Notes under the pieces: model-generated
The model's input: the letters and a program-made list of their open reading frames with translations, nothing else
Database searches by the model: none
Told to the model about the DNA's origin: nothing
Shown: piece after piece, positions 51,416-60,963 of the stretch
Position numbering within the stretch: the stretch's first letter is position 1
Layout: every line of letters starts with the position of its first letter
NCBI GenBank assembly: GCA_963830915.1
Contig: CAWHOE010000010.1
Location: 57,089-121,088 of the forward strand
Origin: a candidate division FCPU426 bacterium
Lineage (GTDB): Bacteria > Oederibacteriota > Muellerivitia > Muellerivitales > Muellerivitaceae
Length of the DNA stretch: 64,000 nucleotides
Reading direction: 5' to 3'
Translations under genes and position numbers: made by a program

Positions 51416-54400
51416 CTCAAAACCAACACTTTAAGGACCTTTGTGACGGATGGGTTGCCCGCGACTGGGATCCGAACGTAGTAGATTCCGTCCGCTACCG
51501 GAACACCCGAATGGTCCTTCAGGTCCCAGTGGAAGGTTTGGTTGCCGTTGATCCCCAGGTTTTGGCTGACGATCTTACGGAAAGACAAGGTAAACACCTC
51601 CATCGTCACCGTCGATCCAACCGGCACAGAGACATCAAAGGAAATGGGCGATCCGGTCGAGGGGTTCGGATAGGGCGCGGAGATCACTACAACTGAAGAA
51701 AGGGTTGGAGTATAAGTTTCTGTAACGGTAGGGGTGTCGGTTGGAGTCGATGTCGATTGTGGAGTGAAAGTGCTCGTGGCAGAATTGGTTGCGGTGTTGG
51801 TCGATGATTCCGTAGGCGTGTTTGTCTTTGAGTAAGTCGAAGTAACCGTTGGAGTGTTCGTCGCCGTGCGCGTCGGGGAATTCGTTGATAAGTTGGTCGC
51901 CGATGGAGTAGGGGTGGCGGTTGGCGTGTTGATCGGCGTATGGGTCGGGGTCGAGCTGGTGGTATGGGTCGCCGTGTCCGAGAATGTGCTGGTGATAACA
52001 GGTGTGGAAGTGGGTGTGTTGGTTGATGATTCCGTAGGCGTGAATGTCTTCGAATAAGTCGAAGTGAACGTTGGGGCGGTCGTCGCCGTACGCGTCTCGG
52101 AATTCGTTGGGGAACTGGTGTAAGATTGAGTGGGTGTTGAAGACGCCGTATTGGTCGGCGTATGGGTCGGGGTCGAGCTGGCGGTATTGGTCACTGTGTT
52201 CGTGAATGTGCCGGTGATAACAGAAAGGGATGTGGGTGTTATGGTAGCCGTTTGAGTTGTGGTACAGGTGGGGGAATTAGTTGCTGTTGAGGCTGCTGTT
52301 TTTATTGCCGTGTTGGATGCCGTGTTGGTCGCTGTGTTCGTTGGGGTTGGAGTGCCAGTCGCCGTCGAGGTGTTGGTCGCCGTAACGGTCATTGTCGGCG
52401 TGAAGGTGGCCGTAAAGGTCGGCGTCGCGTTAACACAGCTGATTTCATAGATATACTGCAGGTTGTTAGACCCTCCCGTTGCCGCCGTGAAGCCGTAATA
52501 AACTTTGCTGTTGTTCCCAAAGACTGAAGCCGCCAGGTCCCGGTTATAAACCATCACCACCGTGCCATCCACGATCAGTATCAATTGTTTGGCGGCCGCG
52601 CTCCAGGCCACCTGGTAAGTATGTTCCGCCGAATTGGAAATGTTCGATGGAAACACGTAAGGACAAGTACCCATCGCATAAGTACAGGTATTGGCCGGGT
52701 TCCCGTTTTCCAGCATCTGCAGCGTTCCATTGCTGTTATAGGTTTCCAAGTCAAAGGCCACCGAGGGCGTAATGGCAACACCGCCCGTATAGCCTTTATT
52801 TCCGCCGCCGCCCCCTAGGGCCCCCGTCCCCCTGGGATCATTTTGCAACACAAAATCAATGCCATCCGCTCCCCCAGGCGCCCCAAAGTATGCTTTGAAA
52901 GTCATGTTGAAATTCTTTGTCAAATCAATCGTGGACGAGTTCCAAGCTGTTCCCGTTTGACCATTGACCGCCGTCGTCAAGGTCACCGCCGTTCCCAATG
53001 ACGCGGTGCCATTGACGACCCAGGAGGCGCATACCGGCGGAGTGGTGGTCGGTGTAAAGGTAGCGGTGGGGGTGGGTTGAAGACAAATATTGGCGTAAAG
53101 GGAAATATTGTTGTTCATATGATTTCCCGTCGGCGTGAAGTTTTTTGGCAAGATACCGGTAAAAACGAGGGGCGTGTAATAGGTAGTGGCGGTGCCATTG
53201 TCGTACCCCACATTGGCGGTCGCGCCCCCAAAGCTGTTACCGAACCAATAATTACCCGGGGGCAGATAAGTGGGCGTGATGTTAAACACATTCCATCCGT
53301 TTGAAACGGACTGGGTATTGCTTTGAACCAGTAAAGTTCCCGGAGTGCCGCCGTTATCGCCATAAATCCCCAAAGCCCCGATCGCGTCCACCGTAGCGTT
53401 GGTCATATAGACCCCTAACGAATTGATGGTCGCAGGATAAGACAATGGGTAGCTAGTGGCCGACAACCAACCCGCTTGAAGATAACTTCCCGCGCCGGCG
53501 GTGTTATACCCAAACACTCCGGGATAGGCGCAAGGCGCCGAGGTGGGAGTGGGAGTCGGCGTGAAACCGCATCCGCCGAATGTGCTCTGCATCATGGCGA
53601 CGATCTGGTCGGCCGTCACGACACGGACGTTGGAATTCAACTGGCTGATGGTATTTTGAACCGCCCACAGCGGGCTTCGGATGGAACCCTCGGACGGATT
53701 ATAAGCGCTCCAATCGTCCCAGATACTGACGCAAACCAAAGCGTAGCTTGCCTGATTGGTCAAGGGCGATGTGGGCAGCGCGTTGATCTGCGCCGCCACC
53801 CCCGGGGGGGAATTGGAATATTGGCCGTCCATATAAAGGCCGAATTTTTCGGAGACGATGGGTTTACAACTACTCCAGGCGGTAGCGCCATTGTATTGAT
53901 TGTAATCACCGTACACTTTGTAAACCGCCCCTTGAACATTGGGAAAATTGACCAAGGGCCCCGCGTCGCCCATGCTGCCAACCCCTCCGTTGGGGTCGTC
54001 GATTTCACCGGTCGTGGTCAATTGGGAAGCCAGCAAAGCCGCCGCTCCTTTACCGGCCAATGCCGCCTCGCCTCCGGATGGCTGGTCGTAGGGATAGTTA
54101 TATCCCGGGGCCTCGGCACAGCCCACGAACCCGTCATTGGGAGTGGCGGTGTTGTAAAAATATTCCATCAGCAACGGAGCCAGTTGGGCCATGAAAGGCG
54201 AGATCTCCCACGTCATGGGAAATTGACCCCGCAGGGGCGACAGCCACCAGGGAGCGTTCGCCGTCGCGAAATCCCCGGAATAGAAACCGATGTTGTCCCC
54301 GTCGGTCATCACAAAGGCGACATAACTGACATTACTTTCGATATTTACCGCTGGCCGCTTGGGGAATTTAAGAGGCTGAATAGGCGGCAATACTGAAAGA

Positions 54401-55167
54401 GCTTCCAGGTTGATGGCCAGATCGGTGACGATCAAACTTCCCCCGCCTTGGCTCATCGCCTGGATATCCGGGTATTCGTTCCAGATGTAACCGTAGAAGA
54501 GGCACGCGGGGCCAAAGGCCTGGGCGTAAGTGGTGTCGACCGAAGTCGGCATATTCTGGTCGCTAAAAAAGAAAGCTTTGTGCGCGATGCCAAAATCACG
54601 GGAGCCGCCCGTATTCCCCGGCTCCAGGTCCACCGCCATTCCCTTGGTGAACTGCGACCCATAATTGGCGAAGGTCCAGGCGTCATTCAATCCATCCGCG
54701 TTGAAGGCGATGTTGACCCCGTAAGACGCGGCTGTCGCGACTTCCCCATCCTCAATGGGAATATCATTCCATAAACCGCAAAGCGAAAAGGCCACGTTAA
54801 TGGAGGGCGTATTCGCGGTGTATTGGACGCCTTGATTGAAAAAGCCGCGGAATTGCTGGACCAATTGCCAGACCGAGGTGACATTGTGGATGATCACCCC
54901 TTGGCCTTGGAGTTCATTGGCAAGGATCACGGGGTTGGATCCGCCGTATTCTTGCCAGATCATGTTGGAACCGTTTTGCGAATTGACAAAGCCCGCCAAC
55001 GCGCTGCCGATAGCGCTCTCGTTACCGTTATAGGAAGAGGTCTGGATGACCCACAGATCGGTCAAGGCGGCCGAGTATTTAGGCTTGGGCCCCGCCCAAA
55101 GTTGGGTTTGGACGAGCAAGACCGATAGGAACAAACCGGCCAGTATGTTTTTTGGGCCCAATTTCAT
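51412..55167 (-). CDS. Secreted GxGYxYP-family putative glycoside hydrolase plus choice-of-anchor-R-like domain, L-type lectin, Thr/Pro linker and CTD
   Basis: LAGFVN, RDFGI, AFVMTDGDNI, PLRGQFPMTW, APGYNYP. GIYGDNGGTPGTLL module. Lectin GADGIDFVLQ...YYGFTAATGG. CTD APYPNP...FTLSFRK. Alternative start 55197. Confidence 0.82.
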   Translation of the reverse strand: MKLGPKNILAGLFLSVLLVQTQLWAGPKPKYSAALTDLWVIQTSSYNGNESAIGSALAGFVNSQNGSNMIWQEYGGSNPVILANELQGQGVIIHNVTSVWQLVQQFRGFFNQGVQYTANTPSINVAFSLCGLWNDIPIEDGEVATAASYGVNIAFNADGLNDAWTFANYGSQFTKGMAVDLEPGNTGGSRDFGIAHKAFFFSDQNMPTSVDTTYAQAFGPACLFYGYIWNEYPDIQAMSQGGGSLIVTDLAINLEALSVLPPIQPLKFPKRPAVNIESNVSYVAFVMTDGDNIGFYSGDFATANAPWWLSPLRGQFPMTWEISPFMAQLAPLLMEYFYNTATPNDGFVGCAEAPGYNYPYDQPSGGEAALAGKGAAALLASQLTTTGEIDDPNGGVGSMGDAGPLVNFPNVQGAVYKVYGDYNQYNGATAWSSCKPIVSEKFGLYMDGQYSNSPPGVAAQINALPTSPLTNQASYALVCVSIWDDWSAYNPSEGSIRSPLWAVQNTISQLNSNVRVVTADQIVAMMQSTFGGCGFTPTPTPTSAPCAYPGVFGYNTAGAGSYLQAGWLSATSYPLSYPATINSLGVYMTNATVDAIGALGIYGDNGGTPGTLLVQSNTQSVSNGWNVFNITPTYLPPGNYWFGNSFGGATANVGYDNGTATTYYTPLVFTGILPKNFTPTGNHMNNNISLYANICLQPTPTATFTPTTTPPVCASWVVNGTASLGTAVTLTTAVNGQTGTAWNSSTIDLTKNFNMTFKAYFGAPGGADGIDFVLQNDPRGTGALGGGGGNKGYTGGVAITPSVAFDLETYNSNGTLQMLENGNPANTCTYAMGTCPYVFPSNISNSAEHTYQVAWSAAAKQLILIVDGTVVMVYNRDLAASVFGNNSKVYYGFTAATGGSNNLQYIYEISCVNATPTFTATFTPTMTVTATNTSTATGTPTPTNTATNTASNTAIKTAASTATNSPTCTTTQTATITPTSLSVITGTFTNTVTNTASSTPTHTPTNTASSTPTQSYTSSPTNSETRTATTAPTFTSTYSKTFTPTESSTNTPTSTPVITSTFSDTATHTTSSTPTHTPINTPTATPTPSATNLSTNSPTRTATNTPTVTSTYSKTNTPTESSTNTATNSATSTFTPQSTSTPTDTPTVTETYTPTLSSVVVISAPYPNPSTGSPISFDVSVPVGSTVTMEVFTLSFRKIVSQNLGINGNQTFHWDLKDHSGVPVADGIYYVRIPVAGNPSVTKVLKVLVLR
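51790..52233. repeat. 222-bp (74-codon) imperfect tandem duplication in Thr/Pro linker
   Basis: GATGATTCCGTAGGCGTG at 51803 and 52025, GGCGTATGGGTCGGGGTCGAGCTG at 51935 and 52157. Confidence 0.85.
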
Positions 55168-55245
55168 AGGGTTCGCACCTTGTTCCGTAGCATTCATCCC
55201 CGCTTCAACAGGGATGTTCCCGACACCATATTCGGCGGCGCTCCT

Positions 55246-58200
55246 TCAATGGATCACCGCGAGTCTGGCCAACAATCGAGCGAATGGTTTAAGCAAGTAC
55301 ACGACATAAACGCCGCTCCCGACTTTTTGGCCGGTCTGGTTCGTCCCATCCCAGTAATACGTCGTTATCGGCATGGGGGCGTCCAGATAGACATCGCAAA
55401 GCGTTTTGATGTGCTCCCCAGCCGTGTTGTAAATCGCCAAATTCATCGGTCCCGGATAACTCGATGACCCGATCGTGATGCAGACCTTCCCGTCCAGGGG
55501 GATGTTGAACACGTTCTTGCAAACGAAGAATTCGTCGTTTCCGGCCGTCGGGGTGGGAGTCCAGGTAAAGGTGGCCGTGGAGGAAGGGGTGAAGATGATC
55601 GTTGGCGTCCAGCTTGCGGTGAGGGACGTCGTAGACGTCATCGAACTGCTTGCGGTGAGCGAAGGCGAAGCCGTAGCCGAAGCCGTCGATGTTGGGGTTG
55701 GGCTATTGGTCTGGGACGCCGTCGCCGTTGAGCTATTCGTTACAGTAAGAGTGAAGGTTTTCGTCGAGGAGGATGAGGCGGTTTGAGTCGCGGTAGAAGC
55801 ACTGGTTACGGTGGGTGTATGGGTTAAGGTCGTACTCGCGGTAAGGGTCGCCGCACTGGTCGGGGTAGATGTGGCCCTATTCGTTCGAGTACTTGTCGCA
55901 GTAGTCGTCGGGGAACTCGTGGAAGTAGCCGTGCTGATGCTCGTCAAGGTATTCGTATTGGTAACCGTGGCGGTCGAGGAACCAGTTGTCGTGCGGGTGG
56001 CCGTACTGGTGGGAGTCACTGAATGGGTCGCGGTATTCGTCATCGTAAAGGTTGGAGTTTGGGTTAGGGAAGGAGTATTTGTCGACGTGCGGGTACCAGT
56101 CGCGGTGGAAGAATGAGTCGCCGTATTCGTGAAAGTAGCGGTCGAGGTGTGACTGGGTGTGGCAGTCTGGGTGTTTGTGGGGGTATTGGTCGGAGTAGGG
56201 GTGGAAGTTTTGGTGGCGGTTGGCGTTGCGGTGTTGGTCGGCGTTTGGGTCGCCGTATTGGTCGGAAAGGCGCATTGAATGTTCAAATCCACTTCCTGTG
56301 CCGTTGTATTCCCACAGGGATTGGTCGCCCGAACCCAAATCGTAACAGGTCCCGCTGAGGGCATTCCTTGCGTGCCGGAAGTAAGGCCGGCGGTGTAATT
56401 AGGCCCGCTCCCGGCGAAATTGTTCCAAGTACTCCAGGTGCCGTCCAAGGTCCATTGGGCGGAAGTCACGCTGACCAGATCCGTCGCGTTGATCGTCAGG
56501 TTGAAAGTCGGACAAACGGTCGTCACGCCCGAATCGATCGCCGGAGCCGTGACGCTTAAGCTGGGAAAGCTTGTCTCGATCGAGGAACCGCAAGCGGATG
56601 GATTGGTCGAATGCTGGGTCACGAAAAGATTGAAATCGGAGGAATTGGGTATGGATAAAGGCGCATTCACCGTCGGCAAATACTCCCTGGCCACCCTCAG
56701 CATCGTCAGCCAGTCGTAACGATAGCTGATAGTGCCGCCGCCCCAGTGGGAGGCTAAGGCCGTAAAGACGCACTGAAGCGCGTTATAAAGCGCCGTTAAC
56801 TGGGCATTGGAAAGGCTGAAATGCATCAAGAGCCCTCCCGTTCCCATCGCCAAAGGAGGACCGGCGCTATCTCCCCAGAAGAAGCTTTCCACGTTCGCCC
56901 AGGTTATCTGCGAGTCATAAATGCTCGAAGCGCTGCTATTGCATTGCGACGCGTTTTTAATGGCGTTATAGGTGGTCAAAACATCGCAAACATAACCGCT
57001 GGCTTGAGGAAACCCGCTACAGGCTAAATTTGAATTGGTCGGCAGCTGGCTTTGAAATCCGGAGTTGAGGCCTTGGTTATAACCCGACGCCAAAAACTTG
57101 GTCGCCATCAAGGGGTCGCCGCTTCCTTCCAGGGAACTTTTCCAGCATAGATTGGTTGACTGGGAAAGAGTGTCGTAGAGTTCCCAAAGGTTCAAACTGG
57201 CGACCAGGACGGAATTTGCGTCGGCGGCCGAATTTCCATCAATAAATGAGGATAGGCCGCAATTGGTGACGGTCGGCGACAAATAGTAATAAAGCGCTTG
57301 TCCTCCCGAGCAGCCCATGTTGGGACAATTGATGATGGCCGTTGTCGCGTCCGGTTGAGTGGGGACGCATGAATAAGCCGGGAAAAACTGGGGGAAACCC
57401 TGGACCCTGCTGACAAAAGTATAGGACTCTTCGCTAAAAAGACCCGCCACGCCGATCGTGTTCGTGGAAACAAAAAGCGGCGCGTTAGTAGCCGCGTTCA
57501 CCAGACCATCGAACTGCTCTTTGGCGCCCTGGGATAAAAGCTGCATCATATCCACGTTAAAATATTCCTGCCCCATCGCCACCGACATCATGTATAAGGG
57601 GCCGCCCATCGACAGGTCCGGATCGAACATGACGTTCGTATTACTGATGGTCCAAGAGACTGAAGGAAGGCCTATTTGGATCTGGGTTTCTCCAGAAAAG
57701 TTGTTGATAAAACCACCCGCGTCCGCCCCGCCGTTTTCTTCCCACGGGACGCAAGAAGCGCTGTAGTACCCCGCGGCCGCGGTCACCGCCGCGACAGCGG
57801 CGCAACTGGCGAGTGGGGTTGGGGTTGGCGCCATCACGATCGGGTTGCAAGCGCCCGTTTTCACCAAGATCTGCATATCGTAAGGTGTGCCATTTTCCCC
57901 GGCCGGAACAGGATCGGCGCCATAACTGTAACTCGTCAAACAATGGCCGGCGGGAACGAGTTGATCGGACGAAGCGACCAATTGCTGATAAAGGACCGGT
58001 CCCGATCCAGAGCCGCTGAAACTTCCGCCCCCATATCCCAAATAACCGGCATAGGAAGGGGTTTTAAATCTCCACCCGTAAACGTTTTCGACGATGGGGG
58101 TATTGTTACAAAGACCCGCGATGAGGTTGACATAACTGCCCGAGCCGCAAGGGCAACCGGTAAAGGCGAGGGAAACCCCATCGTTCGTTCCGGCGGACAA

Positions 58201-58275
58201 GGCTGGCGTGGATGACCCCAGGAGTAGGACGAAAAACGATAGATTGACATTCAACAGAACTGATTTTCCTTGCAT
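55246..58275 (-). CDS. Secreted Cys-rich multimodular protein with a putative lysozyme/GH23-like domain, Ig-like domain, Thr/Ser/Pro linker and FlgD-Ig-like CTD
   Basis: Signal peptide. LLSQGAKEQ, GLFSEE, ASGYNQG and YVCDVL occur in SLT motif order. CTD IYNTAGEHIKTL...WDGTN...GSGVY...RLAVIH. Confidence 0.7.
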   Translation of the reverse strand: MQGKSVLLNVNLSFFVLLLGSSTPALSAGTNDGVSLAFTGCPCGSGSYVNLIAGLCNNTPIVENVYGWRFKTPSYAGYLGYGGGSFSGSGSGPVLYQQLVASSDQLVPAGHCLTSYSYGADPVPAGENGTPYDMQILVKTGACNPIVMAPTPTPLASCAAVAAVTAAAGYYSASCVPWEENGGADAGGFINNFSGETQIQIGLPSVSWTISNTNVMFDPDLSMGGPLYMMSVAMGQEYFNVDMMQLLSQGAKEQFDGLVNAATNAPLFVSTNTIGVAGLFSEESYTFVSRVQGFPQFFPAYSCVPTQPDATTAIINCPNMGCSGGQALYYYLSPTVTNCGLSSFIDGNSAADANSVLVASLNLWELYDTLSQSTNLCWKSSLEGSGDPLMATKFLASGYNQGLNSGFQSQLPTNSNLACSGFPQASGYVCDVLTTYNAIKNASQCNSSASSIYDSQITWANVESFFWGDSAGPPLAMGTGGLLMHFSLSNAQLTALYNALQCVFTALASHWGGGTISYRYDWLTMLRVAREYLPTVNAPLSIPNSSDFNLFVTQHSTNPSACGSSIETSFPSLSVTAPAIDSGVTTVCPTFNLTINATDLVSVTSAQWTLDGTWSTWNNFAGSGPNYTAGLTSGTQGMPSAGPVTIWVRATNPCGNTTAQEVDLNIQCAFPTNTATQTPTNTATPTATKTSTPTPTNTPTNTQTATPSHTSTATFTNTATHSSTATGTRTSTNTPSLTQTPTFTMTNTATHSVTPTSTATRTTTGSSTATVTNTNTLTSISTATSTSSPTTTATSTRTNRATSTPTSAATLTASTTLTHTPTVTSASTATQTASSSSTKTFTLTVTNSSTATASQTNSPTPTSTASATASPSLTASSSMTSTTSLTASWTPTIIFTPSSTATFTWTPTPTAGNDEFFVCKNVFNIPLDGKVCITIGSSSYPGPMNLAIYNTAGEHIKTLCDVYLDAPMPITTYYWDGTNQTGQKVGSGVYVVYLLKPFARLLARLAVIH

Positions 58276-58299
58276 GGAAACTCTTCCGTTCTATGAATT

Positions 58300-60963
58300 T
58301 TATCTAAGGATGAGTGCTTTGAGAATTTTTGTGGTCGATTGGCCGCCCGTGACGTGAACACTCAAATAGTAAAGTCCATTCGCCGCCTGTACACCCGAAC
58401 GATTCTTGAGATCCCAGTAGATGGTTTGGCTACCGTAGATCTCCTGGGCTTGGGTTGTGACCTTGCGGAAGGCCAAGGTGAACACATCCATCGTGACGGT
58501 CGATTTACCCGGCGCCGAGACATTGAATGAAATAGGCGATCCGTTCGAGGGGTTCGGATAGGGCGCGGAGATCACAACCACCGAAGCGATCGTCGCGGTA
58601 AAAGTGGGAGTGAGCGTGGAGGTTGGGGTCGGGGACGCTGTCGCCGAAGGCGTCAAAGTTTTCGTCGCCGTGCCGGTGAGCGTCGGCGAAAAGGTATCCG
58701 TGGGTGTGGGGGTGTGGCTGGGCGTGGAAGTAAAGGACAGGGTCCAGATCGGGGTTTGACTTGAGGTGGCGGTACCGGTGGCAGTCGAGGTCAATATGGG
58801 TTTTGCCGTGAAAGTATATGTCGCGGTGGGAGTGTAAGAGGCCGTGGAAGTGAAGGTCCCGGTGGTTGTATAGGTCGCGGTTGGCGTGAAGGTGGAGGTC
58901 GGCGAAGAGGTATTGGCGGGTGTGTTAGTAAAAGTGAAGGTGGGTGTGCTTGTTGGGGGTAAAGCTGTGTGGGTACTGGTAGCGGTGAAAGTCCAGGTGG
59001 ACGAACTCGTCCAGGTGGGGGTACTGCTGGGAGGCACAGGCGTATTGGTACGGGTCGAGGTGTAAGTGTTGGTACTGGTGAATGTATTCGTCGGTGTGCT
59101 CGTGGGTGGAATGGGAGTGTGAGTGGATGTCGCCGTATAGGTCGATGTCGTCGTATTCGTGGAAGTCCAGGTCCAAGTGGGCGTGGAGGTCTTGGTGGAA
59201 GTGAAAGTATTCGTGAAAGTGGATGTGGGCGTGTTCGTGGGTACATAGACCGTGGGTGTGAACGTGGGTGTGGACGGCATGGGCACGATCTGGATGGCGT
59301 CGACCATCGCGTTATCCACGCTGGCCGGGCCGAATTGGATCGTGATGGCCCCGCCCGAAGGCGCGATATTATTGAACACCTCATCCAGGGCCATGTTCTG
59401 GCCTCCGGCTGTTTTGAAAATGTCGAAATTGGTTAGGACCGTGTTCCCGTTGATGGACACATTGAAGACCCTGGCCCCGGCCGCGGTCCAATAGGTCTCG
59501 GCGAACTTCAGGGTCGCCTGATAGGACCCCGCTGGAACGTTGAAAACATAAGTGAAGGGGCTCCCCCAACGCTGACTCTGGTAAAGGGCTTGGTCTCCCG
59601 CCCCCGGCAAGGCTCCCGTAATGCCGCTGGTCGTGACCGCCGCGGTCCCGCCCGAATAGTTCTCATCCGCGCTCCAAACCTTTCCCTGGCTGTCGCTGTA
59701 CTGAGGCCCGCCCGCGTTTACCCGCCAAGTGGAAGCGATCACCGGGGTGGGGGTAGGCGTAGGGGTGAGGGCGGTCCCGCCGCCGATGGATAGGACGATC
59801 GCCCGGGGATTGCCGCTGATGAGGCTGGAACTTTGGTTGTTCGTGTCGTCGTAGCAAAAGCCATAAGCCTTGGCGTTGACATTGTGTTGGTGCCAGAACT
59901 GCGAGTAAAAATCCGTCGGGGCGGTCTGATAATAGGCGGGAACATTGTTCAGGTTGGCCGCGTTGTCGATGACATGGCGGTGGAAGGCCCCGCAGATCTG
60001 GGCTTCCAGCGCCAGTTCGGTCCCGTTCCCCGTGGCCAGGTTCCCGGCCCCGCCCCAAACGTCATTGGTCGAGGGTTTGCTCACGTAATAGGTATTCGAG
60101 TCCCCAGGGGTGGTGAAAGCCAGCCGCCCGTCGCTTCCGACCCGCCCGGTATAGGTCCCCGAATTCAAGGTAATGACCAGATCGCTGGAACTGTATTCGG
60201 CCCAGACGCTGTTGATGTAGGCGTCAAAGTACCCAGCGTTGGCGCCTCCGTTGCCGAAGCTTCCGTGCAGGGGAGCCACGATCCGGATGGGTCCTTCCAG
60301 CCCCGCGAAAGCGGCCGGAACGGCGGAGAGATATTCGCTCATCAGGGCGCTGGTGGATTCGGTGGTCCCCACCTCGCCGTTGAGGGTGGGTCCGCTGGCG
60401 CCATTGTCGTAAAGGTCCATGAGCATGGAGATGCCGAACATATCGACCTGGGTGGTGTTGCAGAAGATCATTCCGCCCCCGATGTTGTACTCGATCCAGT
60501 CGAAGGAGGTGTTGATGCTGGGGTCGGAGGGGTTGCTGATGTTGGGATAGGCGATGCCTACCGGGGTCCCGGGGTTGATGGGGATATTCAGGGGCGACCC
60601 TAACGAAACATAGAGCCTGGCGGAGGTCATGACCGGAGGGAATTGGAAACCGGGGAACTGGTTTAAGGAAAGGAAGTAGCTAGATCCATTCTCGCCCGCC
60701 ACACAAGGCACCATGTTGCCCGAGGCGTCCAAGTGGCAATACTGCCCGGAGGCGTTTTGGGAGATGGCCACCACGTAGATCTGGCTATCGGAATATTGGC
60801 CTCCCGTGTTATTGACGAATTGGCAGGTCATCTGCATACCGGCATTCAGGGGGATCAGGGAAACGGCGTGAGCGAAATAGGGGAGCGCACACAGGGTTAA
60901 TACCGCCAGGATGGGGAACAGCCTTCTTTTTCGTGAAATAGGCTTTATTCGCGGGTGTTCCAT
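58300..60963 (-). CDS. Secreted GH64 beta-1,3-glucanase plus malectin domain, Thr/Pro linker and CTD
   Basis: SARLYVSLG, FDWIEY, NTTQVDMFG, RIVAP, FYSQFWH, KAYGFCYDD. Malectin RVNAGG...LYQSQRWG...LKFAETY...RVFNVSING. ATG at 60963 after GAGGA (alternative 60981). Confidence 0.9.
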   Translation of the reverse strand: MEHPRIKPISRKRRLFPILAVLTLCALPYFAHAVSLIPLNAGMQMTCQFVNNTGGQYSDSQIYVVAISQNASGQYCHLDASGNMVPCVAGENGSSYFLSLNQFPGFQFPPVMTSARLYVSLGSPLNIPINPGTPVGIAYPNISNPSDPSINTSFDWIEYNIGGGMIFCNTTQVDMFGISMLMDLYDNGASGPTLNGEVGTTESTSALMSEYLSAVPAAFAGLEGPIRIVAPLHGSFGNGGANAGYFDAYINSVWAEYSSSDLVITLNSGTYTGRVGSDGRLAFTTPGDSNTYYVSKPSTNDVWGGAGNLATGNGTELALEAQICGAFHRHVIDNAANLNNVPAYYQTAPTDFYSQFWHQHNVNAKAYGFCYDDTNNQSSSLISGNPRAIVLSIGGGTALTPTPTPTPVIASTWRVNAGGPQYSDSQGKVWSADENYSGGTAAVTTSGITGALPGAGDQALYQSQRWGSPFTYVFNVPAGSYQATLKFAETYWTAAGARVFNVSINGNTVLTNFDIFKTAGGQNMALDEVFNNIAPSGGAITIQFGPASVDNAMVDAIQIVPMPSTPTFTPTVYVPTNTPTSTFTNTFTSTKTSTPTWTWTSTNTTTSTYTATSTHTPIPPTSTPTNTFTSTNTYTSTRTNTPVPPSSTPTWTSSSTWTFTATSTHTALPPTSTPTFTFTNTPANTSSPTSTFTPTATYTTTGTFTSTASYTPTATYTFTAKPILTSTATGTATSSQTPIWTLSFTSTPSHTPTPTDTFSPTLTGTATKTLTPSATASPTPTSTLTPTFTATIASVVVISAPYPNPSNGSPISFNVSAPGKSTVTMDVFTLAFRKVTTQAQEIYGSQTIYWDLKNRSGVQAANGLYYLSVHVTGGQSTTKILKALILR

